NCBI RefSeq assembly: GCF_006345805.1
Contig: NC_043001.1
Location: forward strand, 116,002,001-116,066,000
Source of the DNA: Octopus sinensis
Lineage: Eukaryota
DNA: 64,000 bases
Direction: 5' to 3'
Shown here: one piece after another, positions 38,294 to 50,905 of the stretch
How positions within the stretch are numbered: position 1 is the first letter of the stretch
Layout of the letters: each line of letters opens with the position of its first letter
The notes under the pieces: generated by a model
The model's database searches: none
Seen by the model: only the letters and a program-made list of their open reading frames with translations
Told to the model about the DNA's origin: nothing
Position numbers and translations under genes: made by a program

Positions 38294-39199
38294 AAACCTT
38301 GTCACATACGGAAACAAAAGCAGGCAGCTAAATTTGAACATAACATAAATAGTGAACTCAGTGCTAACATAATCAGTGTAGTGAGCATGATAAAACTCTT
38401 TCGGTGCTCTGCCCATTCCAGGGTGACCAGGAATGGTTATCTCCTTCTGCACAGATGACTTAGCAACTTTTGTTTCTGTATGTGACAAAATTTCATGCAA
38501 CAATATTCAACAATTCCTTTTGTGTTGAGACCCTTACTTTCGGTTTTCTACCATCCTTCTTGCATTATACTTGTTTCTGGAGAGATTCCAGCTTTTCTTT
38601 GGTTAAGCCAAAAATTATGAACATAGAAGAATTTAAATAGTAATCTCTATTATTGTAAGCAGTTGTATGTATGTAGTATGTCTTTATCTTTGTATACAAT
38701 ATAAATTAACCAAATATAAGCAAATTAACTAAATGGAGGTACATGTATGAACTGCTAATTTCAAGGTAAATTTGCAACTGCTATGATAATTATTAACTGG
38801 TAATTGAATGGTAAATTGAATGACAAATGTCAAGAGTTTCACTTCCAGCTGTTCATTATGTCAGTCAACATACTGACACACCATTCTACTGTCATGGCTG
38901 TAAAGACTGAAAGCTACCAATGTGTAATGTTATTCACATTAGGATATAATTAGAAGTAAAACTGAAAGAATAAAAGTGAAACAATATTATATCACATTAC
39001 AATATAGATGTTATTCTTTCACTTTTGACATGTAATACCAAACCAGTGCCAGTGTTGTATTGTTTTTATTCAAATGAAAAAAAAATTACATGTTGACATG
39101 AGGTCTGATATGATTACCAAGTAAAATTTGATTTGATTTGGTTTGAAAATGCATTGGAGACAAAGAATTTATATATATATATATATATAAATATATATA

Positions 39200-39724
<525 letters not shown>

Positions 39725-40130
39725 TGGCTGTGGTAGCAGTAGTGGTTGTTGTTGGCAGTGGCAGCATCTGTCACTTTTATAAGAAATATGTTGGTGAAGC
39801 TCAACTGTTCAGCTTCAGTAATGGTTGAGTGCTGGACTAATTGCCCCACAATATTTAGCTTCATACTGATCCCACCAAAATCTTTGCAGTTAACTTTTTC
39901 TCCATCGTTTCATCTATTACCCCTTTCTGTGCACCCAGTTATCTCTCACCACCTTTTCTCTGACATATCTTATCTTTAACACCCTCTCTTATATCTTGTT
40001 GATGACCACCACTTTTATATTTGTCCTCTATTCACTATAGCCACTCCCATATCCATCACTCTATTTCCTTCTCTCCCCGCTTCCCATCCACACATCATCT
40101 CCTTATCTTCTGATCTGTCTACTGCAAGAG

Positions 40131-40600
40131 GTGGAGGCGCAATGGCCCAGTGGTTAGGGAAGCGGACTCGCGGTCATAGGATCGCGGTTTCGATTTCCAG
40201 ACCGGGCGTTGTGAGTGTTTATTGAGCGAAAACACCTAAAGCTCCACGAGGCTCCGGCAGGGGATGGTGGTGATCCCTGCTGTACTCTTTCACCACAACT
40301 TTCTCTCACTCTTACTTCCTGTTTCTGTTGTACCTGTATTTCAAAAGGCCGGCCTTGTCACTTTCTCTCACTCTTACTTCCTGTTTCTGTTGTACCTGTA
40401 TTTCAAAGGGCCGGCCTTGTACCTGTATTTCAAAGGGCCGGCCTTGTCATGCTGAATATCCCCGAGAACTACATTAAGGGTACACGTGTCTGTGGAGTGC
40501 TCAGCCACTTACACGTTAATTTCACGAGCAGGCTGTTCCATTGATTCGGATCAACCGGAACCCTCGTCGTCGTAACCGACGGAGTGCTTCCATTCTTTCC
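40131..40600 (+). mobile_element. SINE family D, full length, with internal tandem duplications
   Basis: tRNA-like head; exact 10-bp TSD ACTGCAAGAG (40121-40130, 40601-40610). Confidence 0.9.
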
Positions 40601-40604
40601 ACTG

Positions 40605-40929
40605 CAAGAGTTTTCAACCAGGGTCCGTATGGCCCCTGAGAGTCTGAATAAGATTTTCGGGGGTGGGGGGGTCACACAACAAAATCATAAATTGGTTATC
40701 CACAACATTATTGTAAGAGCCCCTGAAAAAATTTTGCTTTAGATGTATGTATTTGTATGTTTTGCTAGGAATAACTAGGCTTCTTTCTCTAACATTTTAC
40801 ATAGTTCAACTTATTTTGAAAGAAGTTTCTATAAAACTAGTTTTTAAACAGTAGATGTCTATTGGGGTCTACCAGAATGAAAAAGTAAACAGAGGGGTCC
40901 ATAGATAAAAAAATGGTTGAGAACCTCTG
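40605..40929. mobile_element. hAT-type MITE
   Basis: Ends CAAGAGTTTTCAACC / GGTTGAGAACCTCTG. Confidence 0.65.
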
Positions 40930-41261
40930 GTTTACAGGTTTATTATACTGCTACTCTCCACTTTGTTTCTTACACCTTCTTTGCCAGAATATCTACTATT
41001 CATTTCACTTCCACCCTTATTCCACATACTATATTCACTTAAACTCCCATTTGTCATTCTCCTCTCACAATCTAATGAATTTATCCATCTACCCTTCTCA
41101 CCTATTGGGCCATATTCTCTCTTACCTTCTTGTATAATTTCTGAACCAATCTCCAATGGTCAAGTTCTCTATTTAATGAGTTATTTTACTAATATCAGTT
41201 TTTTTTTTTTATATATATATAAATTTTGTAAACTTTAGTATTCTATCTTTTTTATTTTCAG

Positions 41262-41351
41262 AAGTAATTATTAGTAATTTCAAAATGCCGTCTTTGGCAA
41301 TGCCACTGATCCTGGTCTTCCTAGCCTGCTTTTCATTGCAGACGCTTGCTG
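41262..41351 (+). CDS. Contactin-like coding exon 1 (23-nt 5'UTR + signal peptide; ATG at 41285)
   Basis: Polypyrimidine tract and TTTCAG acceptor ending 41261; CAAAATG start; 22-aa hydrophobic signal peptide MPSLAMPLILVFLACFSLQTLA; G|GTAAGT donor at 41352, phase 1. Confidence 0.88.
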
Positions 41352-44300
41352 GTAAGTATCTGTTACACTGTATTTTTAGGATGTTTCTTAGTGATAAGAT
41401 TTTGGTTCTAATGTTTCGATACCAATAGAATATTCTTGAACACTTCTCCAATATATTCATTACAAAGTGGGTGCACAGAGCAGGTCTTCATCAAAGAATA
41501 ACAGAGTAACTAGAAAAAAAAAAAAAGAAAAGAGACAATCGTGGGTTGAATGTCTTTTATTGGCACTGCCTAGTCCTCTTTTTGTTTTGCTTTTTTTTAT
41601 ATGGTTAGGTTTAGTACAGTGGATCTTTTCCATCTCAAGCACAGATTTTTTAATGAATTTTTTTAAATTAAACACTTTGAAACTTCAGATACTGGTTGAA
41701 TGTGTCATGTAGAACACTGTTTACTCTTATGTTTTTGACAAAATTTTGTATTTTAGAAGTTACTTCGTGTTAAAGTTGTCATATTTGGGTAATTTTAACC
41801 AATCAGTGACGTGGATTCAGCTGAAGAAAGTTACTGCTGCTGTTTGTGAACAATAACTTCCGGCTCATTATTTTTAGAAAATTATTACTGAGACACACCA
41901 ACGACAGAGCCTGTATGTGGTTGCATGACCTGCTAGAAAAAGTAGCCAAACTTTTTATATACAGAATAGAAAAACCTGACACATTCAAACTGTTTAGTTA
42001 AAAATAATTAATTAAAAAAAATCTGTGACTGAGATTGACAAGATGTGTGAAACTACTTTCATACAACACTGGATATTAGCCATAATATGGACTGAGTTCC
42101 CATAACGTCTTCTATTTATTTCATACGAAAATCTGAATAAATTACGCTAGTCAAGGGAATCCCAATATTTGGAATATGGATACTCGCTATCTTTTATTCT
42201 TTCAACTTTTCTTTAACTTTAGCTGCTTCATCATTCAGTGAAGAATATTGTTTTAACCACAGGATAGCTCTGATTGTAATGGATCTGTGAGAAAAGGTGT
42301 TCCAGCCATGACCATTTTGTCTTATTCTTTTCTAGAAGTAATGAATTCCTAAGTGAAAATAACTAAACATAAACTAAACACTTTGAATCTGAAGTTTCAA
42401 AGTGTTTAGTTAAAAAAATTCATTAAAAAATCTGTGCTTGAGATGGAAAAGATCCAATACAGTTATGGCAAACTATAGCCTGCAGTACTTTCTGAATGGC
42501 ATGCCACTAAAAAATTATCTTGAATTTTTTAGTAGTGCAGTCCATCTGATTGATTAACCATGCCTCATGTGGCCTGCTTCTTGAAGCAGGTTACCTATGC
42601 CTGATCTGGAGGAGCAGGCAGTTTTGCAATACAAGCAGAATCTTAGACTGGTCACCTACCCATGTTATCACAGATCAGTCTATGGCAAGTGTAATGTGGT
42701 TCACAATATTGAGTGTATTATCCCAGATCAGTGATGAATGAACCATTGATAAACATGGCTACTTGTATGTATATTTTATTGCTGACACAATTTCTAGTTA
42801 TATTCATGTTGTGGTGAGTCTTTAAACAAATTCATTATTTTCTCTCTTCTAGATTGTCCTAATCAATGGCAGAAATATAGTGACTCCTGTTACAATTTCA
42901 TCATGAATTCACTGAAATCCATTGACATGGCTAAAGAAGAATGTAGTGTAAGTAGTAATAATCCTTTCTACTAAAGGCACAAGGCCTGAAATTTTATGGG
43001 GATGGAACTAGTAGATTACATCAACCCCTAGTGTTTCACTGGTACTTATTTCATCGACCCCAAAAAGATGAAAGGCAAAGTTGCCCTTGGCAAAATTTGA
43101 ACTCAGAACTCAAGGACAGACGAAATGCTGCTAAGCATTTTGCCTGGCGTGCTAACAATTCTGCCAGCTCACTGCTTTAATGTAAGTAGTAGTAATGATC
43201 ATCAGGTGGTCAACTGGTGAAGTCATTAGGGTATCAGATGACGAGTTTTCTCTACTCTGTGTTCAAAATCTATCAAAATCTACTTAGCCTTTTCATCCTT
43301 TAAGGATTTGTGAAATAATATGCCACCCCAGTGTTGGTATGGTTCTCTGTCTTCCCCTCCCTAGGTGAACTGGTGAAGCATCATGAATGATATACTGGGT
43401 CATGGTTGGGAGGGTTCAGAAGGTGCTTATGTCAGTGGGAACCTAAAACCATAAAATAAAGTGTGGTTTATGCTAATACCAATTCATCCTCAATTATGAG
43501 AGATGGCTGTAGATTTTTAATATGTTATCTTCTTAAGCCTGTCATTTGTAGCATGTAAAAAAGTTGGACTGTTGTCCCATTTGTTTAATGTACATTTTGT
43601 CATGCTATGGGTTAGAAGGGGAGTTATTTGAGGCAGGATTTTACAACTGGATGCTATTCCATTTGCCAATTCTTATCTGTCTTTCAAGTAAGAGATTTTT
43701 TTTTATTTCACAGAGTTTCAAAAGTGCAAAGCAACCAGTGATGTATCAACATCATTCTGTTTTGCTCAAGTAGTGACAGTCCTGGAATATTGATAAGACA
43801 CGTCAAGCTAATTAAAAGCATGGTTGTCCTTGATTACAGGCATGTCTCCTGCATCCATCTCCTGCTGAGCATTCCTAATCCTGTTCAAACAAGCTTTCAT
43901 ATTATGATGGAGTTGCTTAAACAAGTTGACAAATTGAAGAGGACATCCGGGTTTACCAAGAATGGTCCTGGGGGCTGGTGCCACATAAGCACACTCATGC
44001 CGGTGCTGCATAAAAGTACCCAGAATACTCTGTAAAGTGGTTGGCAATAGGAAGGGCATCCAGGCATAGGAACCATGCCAAAACAGACATGGAGCCGAGG
44101 CAGCTCTTCAGCTGGCTGGCCCCTGTCAAACCGTCCAACCCATACCAGCATGGAGAACAAATGTTGATGATGATGATGGTGATGCACATTCCTGTGCATA
44201 TGATGGCTTCCTTGACATCAGACTGAACCCAAAACCACATGGTTGCGAAACAAGCTTCACCTAACTATAAGAACAGCATTGTGCATTCCAGCTGATAGTG

Positions 44301-44952
44301 GTTTATTGTATGGGGAACAGTGTGACACTTTGAGCATATTGCATTTTCTTCCACTCTTCAGCCTGTCCCTGGAAAGTGACTCTGATATTGGTTGTTTATG
44401 AGGTTGTGTTCATGTTTTATGGGTATCTGAAAGTGAAGGCCACAGAGTCCCTTCCCCCCATGACCAAGAACTTAAAAAATAATAAAATGCCTCAACAGAG
44501 TGGGATATAGATATCAAATTATAGTTTCGGTTGTTTTGCTTCTCAATGATGTTTTACTCTGTCCTTGCTGAAGTTCCTTAACATGCAGGGTTCTACTTGT
44601 CTGCCTGTTCCTTCACAATAGTATTTATCTTTGGTTTCTGTGGCTTCCAATCAACAAAAGACAAATCTTTCCTTCTTGAAGTAACTACCAATGAACAGTT
44701 ACAAGTTGTTGGCTGCTGGAAAAGAATTGGCTGGGGTGGGGATTCCAGTTCTGACATCCTGAGAAAAAAGACTATGGAAAAGTAATTACTGGTAATCCTG
44801 GGGTGGATACAATATGGTGGGTGGGAGAAAGGAGGAGAGGTAGTTGAGTTGAGAGAGTTTATTGTTGTGTTTATTTGTATTTGTTTTCTCTGTCTCTTTA
44901 TCTTTGCTGGTCTTTGTGCACACGTCTATGCGAGTATATATATGTATGTATA

Positions 44953-44997
<45 letters not shown>

Positions 44998-45206
44998 TTC
45001 ACATTCAAAATGTGACTGCGTGTGTACCGTTGGCGATTTTTTTTCCTCCGTCTTCCCTTCTTTGGATCTTTCCTTTTCCTATGTTTCTGACAAAGAGCTC
45101 CACTCGAAACATTAAACCCTCTTTCTTTCCTGAGCGTCCAATAATACTATACTTGTTTTACGTCCTTGCATTGTTGTGTTTTCTCTTTGTGTTTTCATGT
45201 TTAGAT

Positions 45207-45246
<40 letters not shown>

Positions 45247-46210
45247 CATACATACATACATACATGCTTGTGTATGTGTGTTTATGTATGAATATGCTAA
45301 GTATTCCTTTGTTTCTAATTTCAGAAATATGGTGCTACACTTGTCAGTGTCAACTCACAAGGAGAGAACAATTTTCTGACCTCCTACTTCGGTCAGAATA
45401 AACTAACTGGGTAAGTCAAGATTTATTTCCCTTAAAAATATTAGTGTCTTATTTTATATTGCTATTGGTGGACAATTGTGTCATTGGCTACAATTAACCA
45501 ATTACTGGTTCACAGCATTTCTGATGGTTACAGCAATAAGGGGTTGTTTAGGATCGAAATGTGAGCTATTGTAAGTTTCATGCTTTGATAGTACAAATTT
45601 GAGCAAGCTTGTATAGCATGCTGTGTACTATTGGCAGAACCTGTGTTTATTGAATATTTATTTCTCACATGGATGGGGTGCTTTTTTGTTGATCCCACCA
45701 ATAATAGAACACTACACTATATAAATATAGGCTCAAAATGTAAAAGACATTTTCATTTTTCCCAAGCACCAAACTGATACACTTGCTTGTTGTTCATACA
45801 CCTGTCTTCATCTTTTGTTTTTCTATAAATTTCAACTACATATATATATATATTAAATTACTTATTCCAACATAGATTGGAATCTGGTGCAGCCATCTGG
45901 TTCACCTCAGTCTAATCATCCAACCTATGCTAGCATGGAAAGCGGATGTTAAACGATGATGAGATATATATATATATATATAAAGGCGGCGAGCTGGCAG
46001 AAACGTTAGCACGCCGGGCGAAATGCGTAGCTGTATTTCGTCTGTCGTCACGTTCCGAGTTCAAATTCCGCCGAGGTCGACTTTGCCTTTCATCCTTTCG
46101 GGGTCGATAAATTAAGTACCAGTTACACACTGGGGTCGATATAATCGACTTAATCCGTTTGTCTGACCTTGTTTGTCCCATCTGTGTTTAGCCCCTTGTG
46201 GGTAGTAAAG

Positions 46211-46259
<49 letters not shown>

Positions 46260-49110
46260 CCACTACATTCATTATTATATAAGAAGATTGCTATTTATAT
46301 TATCTTTCTTCTGTTTAGATTTACCTGGTACACAAGTGGAGAATATATAGGAAACAATAATTTTCGTTGGCTCGGAGATGGACAAGATATAAACAGCCAA
46401 ACTATGTTTTGGGCAAATGATGCTAGGAGAAACGGTACCGGAAGATTTATTATTTATGTTTATCATGGTGAGTATCAAACATTTATTGTGTGTGTGTTAA
46501 AGAATTCATTTATTGGACTGCATCTATGCTGGGACACCACTTTTAGTCAATCATATTATCTGCTGTCTTTATTGTTACTGGAACATATTTTAGTAAATTC
46601 TATTTCATTAAGTTTCTTATTTAACATAAAAGACCCAAAGGTTTACATTGGTAAAGGTAAACACATATCCTCCCCACCCCATCATTATCATCGTCATGAC
46701 AGCTTGAGCAAGTGTCTTCTACTGTAGATCCAAGCTGGTCAAAGCTTTATGAGTGGATCTGGCAGATGGAAACTGAAAGAAGCCCATTGTACATATTTGT
46801 ATATATGTATGTGTGTGTTTATGTATTTGTGTGTACCCTTGTCTAGACACCACATGATGTTTGCAACAAAACATTTACATCATACAATTGAGGTTGTTCA
46901 TTACCAGTTTTTCACTTTAAAAATGCCTGGGCATCAGGGAAAATTAGCTACCTTGCTTGGAGACAGGTGAGGATTGGTGGCAGGAAGGGCATTTGGCTCT
47001 AGAAAATTTACCTTAAATTCCATCTAAACCAGGCAACTAATGAAAAGTTGATGTTAAATGATGGTGATATTTCCATGTATGAAATTATTGTCTCTATAAA
47101 TACACTTAAATGACCCTTTAATCATCCTAGACTTTACTTGAAATCTGAAAAATCACAACTCCTTTTTTCTTTTATTCTTTTACTTGTTTTAGTCATTTGA
47201 CTGCAGCCATGCTGGAGCACTGCCTTTAGTCGAGCAAATCGACCCCATGACATATTCTTTGTAAGCCTAGTACTTATTCTATCAGTATCTTTTGCCAAAC
47301 TGCTAAGTTACGGGGATGCAAACACACCAGCATCGGTTGTCAAGTGATGTTGGGGGGACAAACACAGACACACAAGCACACACTCATATATATATATACG
47401 ACAGACTTCTTTCAGTTTCTGTCTACCAAATCCACTCACAAGGCTTTGGTCAGCCCGAAGCTATAGTAAAGACACTTGCCCAAGGTGCCATGCAGTGAGA
47501 CTGAACCCAGAATCATATGGTTGGTAAGCAAGCTACTTACCACACAGCCACTCCTGCACTGGAAAATGTTATGGAAGATATTTTTATGGCATTCTTTTGC
47601 AATTTGTTAACTTTGTTGGTATGTAAACACAAACTACCATTAGTTTGTTATTGTGTAACTCAAGGTCTACACTAACCAAGCAGATCAAAGATGCTTCATC
47701 AGCTGCTATCTTATTAATTTATTTTTAACTAGCTGAATTACCCGGCGTTGCCCAGATTACTGCTGTTTTTATTCAGATTAGTAAACAATAAATATGAAGA
47801 TATATTTTTTTTTCTCATAATTATTTCAAAACCTCTATATTTATTTTAAAATATCCAAATTGTTGTGATAATAGAATTTAGAACTGAAAATCTGTCAATC
47901 TTGAGGCACCTCGAGGTAAACAACATTCATTGTGTAATTTTTTTATTGGTGTCCAAATGAATAAACATATACATATGAGTATATGTATATTTTCATTAAT
48001 ATTTAATAGAAGTAACAGAGTGATTCAAGATTTGAGAGTTTTGTTGTGTTGTCATATACATACATGCATAAATGCATATATATATATATATATATATATA
48101 TAGGCATAGGAGTGGCTGTGTGGTAAGTAGCTTTTTTACCAACCACATGGTTCCGGGTTTAGTCCCACTGCGTGGCACCTTGGGCAAGTGTCTTCTACTA
48201 TAGCCTCGGGCCGACCAAAGCCTTGTGAGTGGATTTGGTAGACGGAAACTGAAAGAAGCCTGTCGTATATATGTATATATATATATGTATGTGTGTGTTT
48301 GTGTGTCTGTGTTTGTCCCCCTAGCATTGCTTGACAACCGATGCTGGTGTGTTTACGTCCCCGTTACTTAGCGGTTCGGCAAAAGAGACCGATAGAATAA
48401 GTACTAGGCTTACAAAAGAATAAGTCCTGGGGTCGAGTTGCTCGACTAAAGGCGGTGCTCCAGCATGGCCGCAGTCAAATGACTGAAACGAGTAAAAGAG
48501 AGTAAAAGAGAAGGAGAGTAAATATAAAAAAGTTATGAGGGGTTTTAGCATATGCTTACATCTTAACTCTTCTGGGTTTTGCTTCCACTAGCAGAAGCTG
48601 TATGTATCTTTCAGAAAGCTCCATACCAATTTAACTTTATGCAGCATTTGCTGTTAGTTTATGCACAGGCTATGTGGGAAGATAGAATAAAGGGGCTTTT
48701 GTTAGTTTATCTTTCCGAAAAATTAGCTCCCTTTGCTGTTGAATAAAATAAATTTGTAGAGGGGAAGTTCCAACATCTTCCTTCAATTTCCTTACACCAT
48801 TTATGTGGCTGTTTCTGACAAGAAATTTTGCTTTCATGTAAAACAACTATATTTTGTAGTCATTTTCTGCAATGTACTCCCAAAACACTTCAGTAGCTCT
48901 ACTTTGCATCACTTGCAAACTTATATGTTCTATGATCATTAAAGTGCAATGGTATCCACAATAACCAGCCTTCAATTTGGTTTTCCATTCCTAAGTTAAT
49001 CGGAAACATAGATTGCCGTGTTACTCATAAACCTTCTCACTAGTTCAATTATTTGGTGAAAAAAATACCATCAAAGCAACTTAAACAATCCAAAGGATGG
49101 GTGCGTTTGC

Positions 49111-49148
<38 letters not shown>

Positions 49149-50531
49149 TTATGTGTATATATATATATATATATATTTATGTGTATTTATATTTATATAT
49201 ATATTTATGTGTATATATATTTATATATGCACACACACACACACACACACATTTATACAGGCATACACTCACCACTCCCTAGATCATTCTTGGTAAACTT
49301 GGGTGTCCTCTTCAATTTGTCAACTTGTTTAAGTAAGTCCATCATAATATGAAAGCTTGTTTTAACATGAGTGGTTCATTCTTGCAACCAATTTCCATCA
49401 ATTACTGGGTTAAACAAGTTAATATTCCTACTTCAGCCCTTTTTTCCATACTTTTCATTGTAATTGCCCTGTACACTTTTTAAGATTGCAACATTGGTGT
49501 CTATATTCACTTCAGAACCACACGTAAGGTCTTTGATGTAACACATTTCAATACAAAATCAAAAATGTTTTAAGCCCTTGCTCATGAGCCCCTTTATGCT
49601 GATGATGGAGATCTCCCTCACCTTAAAGAAGATATGCAGCATATAATGGATTTCTTCACTAGAGCAAGAAGACGAAGTTCATGATCTCTCTAGCTCCAAG
49701 TCAGCCTTATGTTGAACCTAACATCTTTGTCCAGGGTACATGACTGGATGGGGGTCAACTCATTCATCTGTCTTGCCAGCATTCTCTCTGGTGATGGATC
49801 CCTTGATTCTGAAATAATTTGAAGATTGAAAAAAACCAGCAAAGTTTTTGGAAGGTTTGAAGATTTGTGTGGCCTGACAGAAGTACCATCTAAACCAAGC
49901 TTGGTGTCTTTGAACTGTGCATCTTAACTGCCTTTATATATTCCTTTTAGACTTGGACTTTGTATCATTGTTACATCAAAATCTTGGAAAGATTCCATCA
50001 AACTTATCTTAGGAGGGTCTTATACATCAAACGGCAGTCTCTAACATTGACACTTTTGTTCTCCAGCAATCCATGTCCAGTATTGAGATGCTTCTCATAT
50101 GCAATGAGGTGTGTGGGGCTGAGAGCCTTACTAGTATAAGGAATAACAGGTTACCATAGCAGTTGTTATACAGACAGTTGCAACATAGTAGACATCCAGA
50201 AATGTTTTAGAGATTCTGTTAAAAACAACCTTAAGGTTCTTAGTATGGATGTTGAAAACAGGAAGTACACGACAGAAAATCGATTAGTTTGGAGAGGAGT
50301 GCTCTATGATGGTTGTAATGCATTTGAAATTCAAAGAATTGAATGCTCCCTCTTGAAACTAACACTTTGTAAACAGGACTTGGCTTCGATCCTAGACACT
50401 TACCTGCCTGAAAATGTTTGTAACATTTGTAGTAGGGTCTGTTTGCGTAAAGCCAGACTTGCTAGTCATATGAGATCTCATGACGACATTTATCATTTGA
50501 AGAGATGGCCTTCTCCAAAGAATTGGCAGTC

Positions 50532-50594
<63 letters not shown>

Positions 50595-50863
50595 TTGTCT
50601 TGACATTACTTGGCTGTCATGAGTGAGTGACATCATTATATGAGCAGTGTGATTTATTTTCAGTCTTTTGTGAAAATATGTTTGGCCAAGGGGAAATATC
50701 TTACTTGGAAACAGTTGTAGGTTTCCCACAGGAAGGGAAACTGGGTGTACAAAATCACTCTCAGTGAGTTCCATCTGATCCATTCAAGTATAAAAAAGTA
50801 GTCATTAAAACAATGATTTTAAATATATATATATATATATAAATGTTTGTGTATGTATGTATG

Positions 50864-50905
<42 letters not shown>

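Noticed and set aside
40134-40206. tRNA-Arg(TCG)-like sequence (also at 29430-29500 on the minus strand)
   Set aside because: It is the head of a SINE with TSDs and a long body; the acceptor stem is not properly closed, so it is not called a tRNA gene
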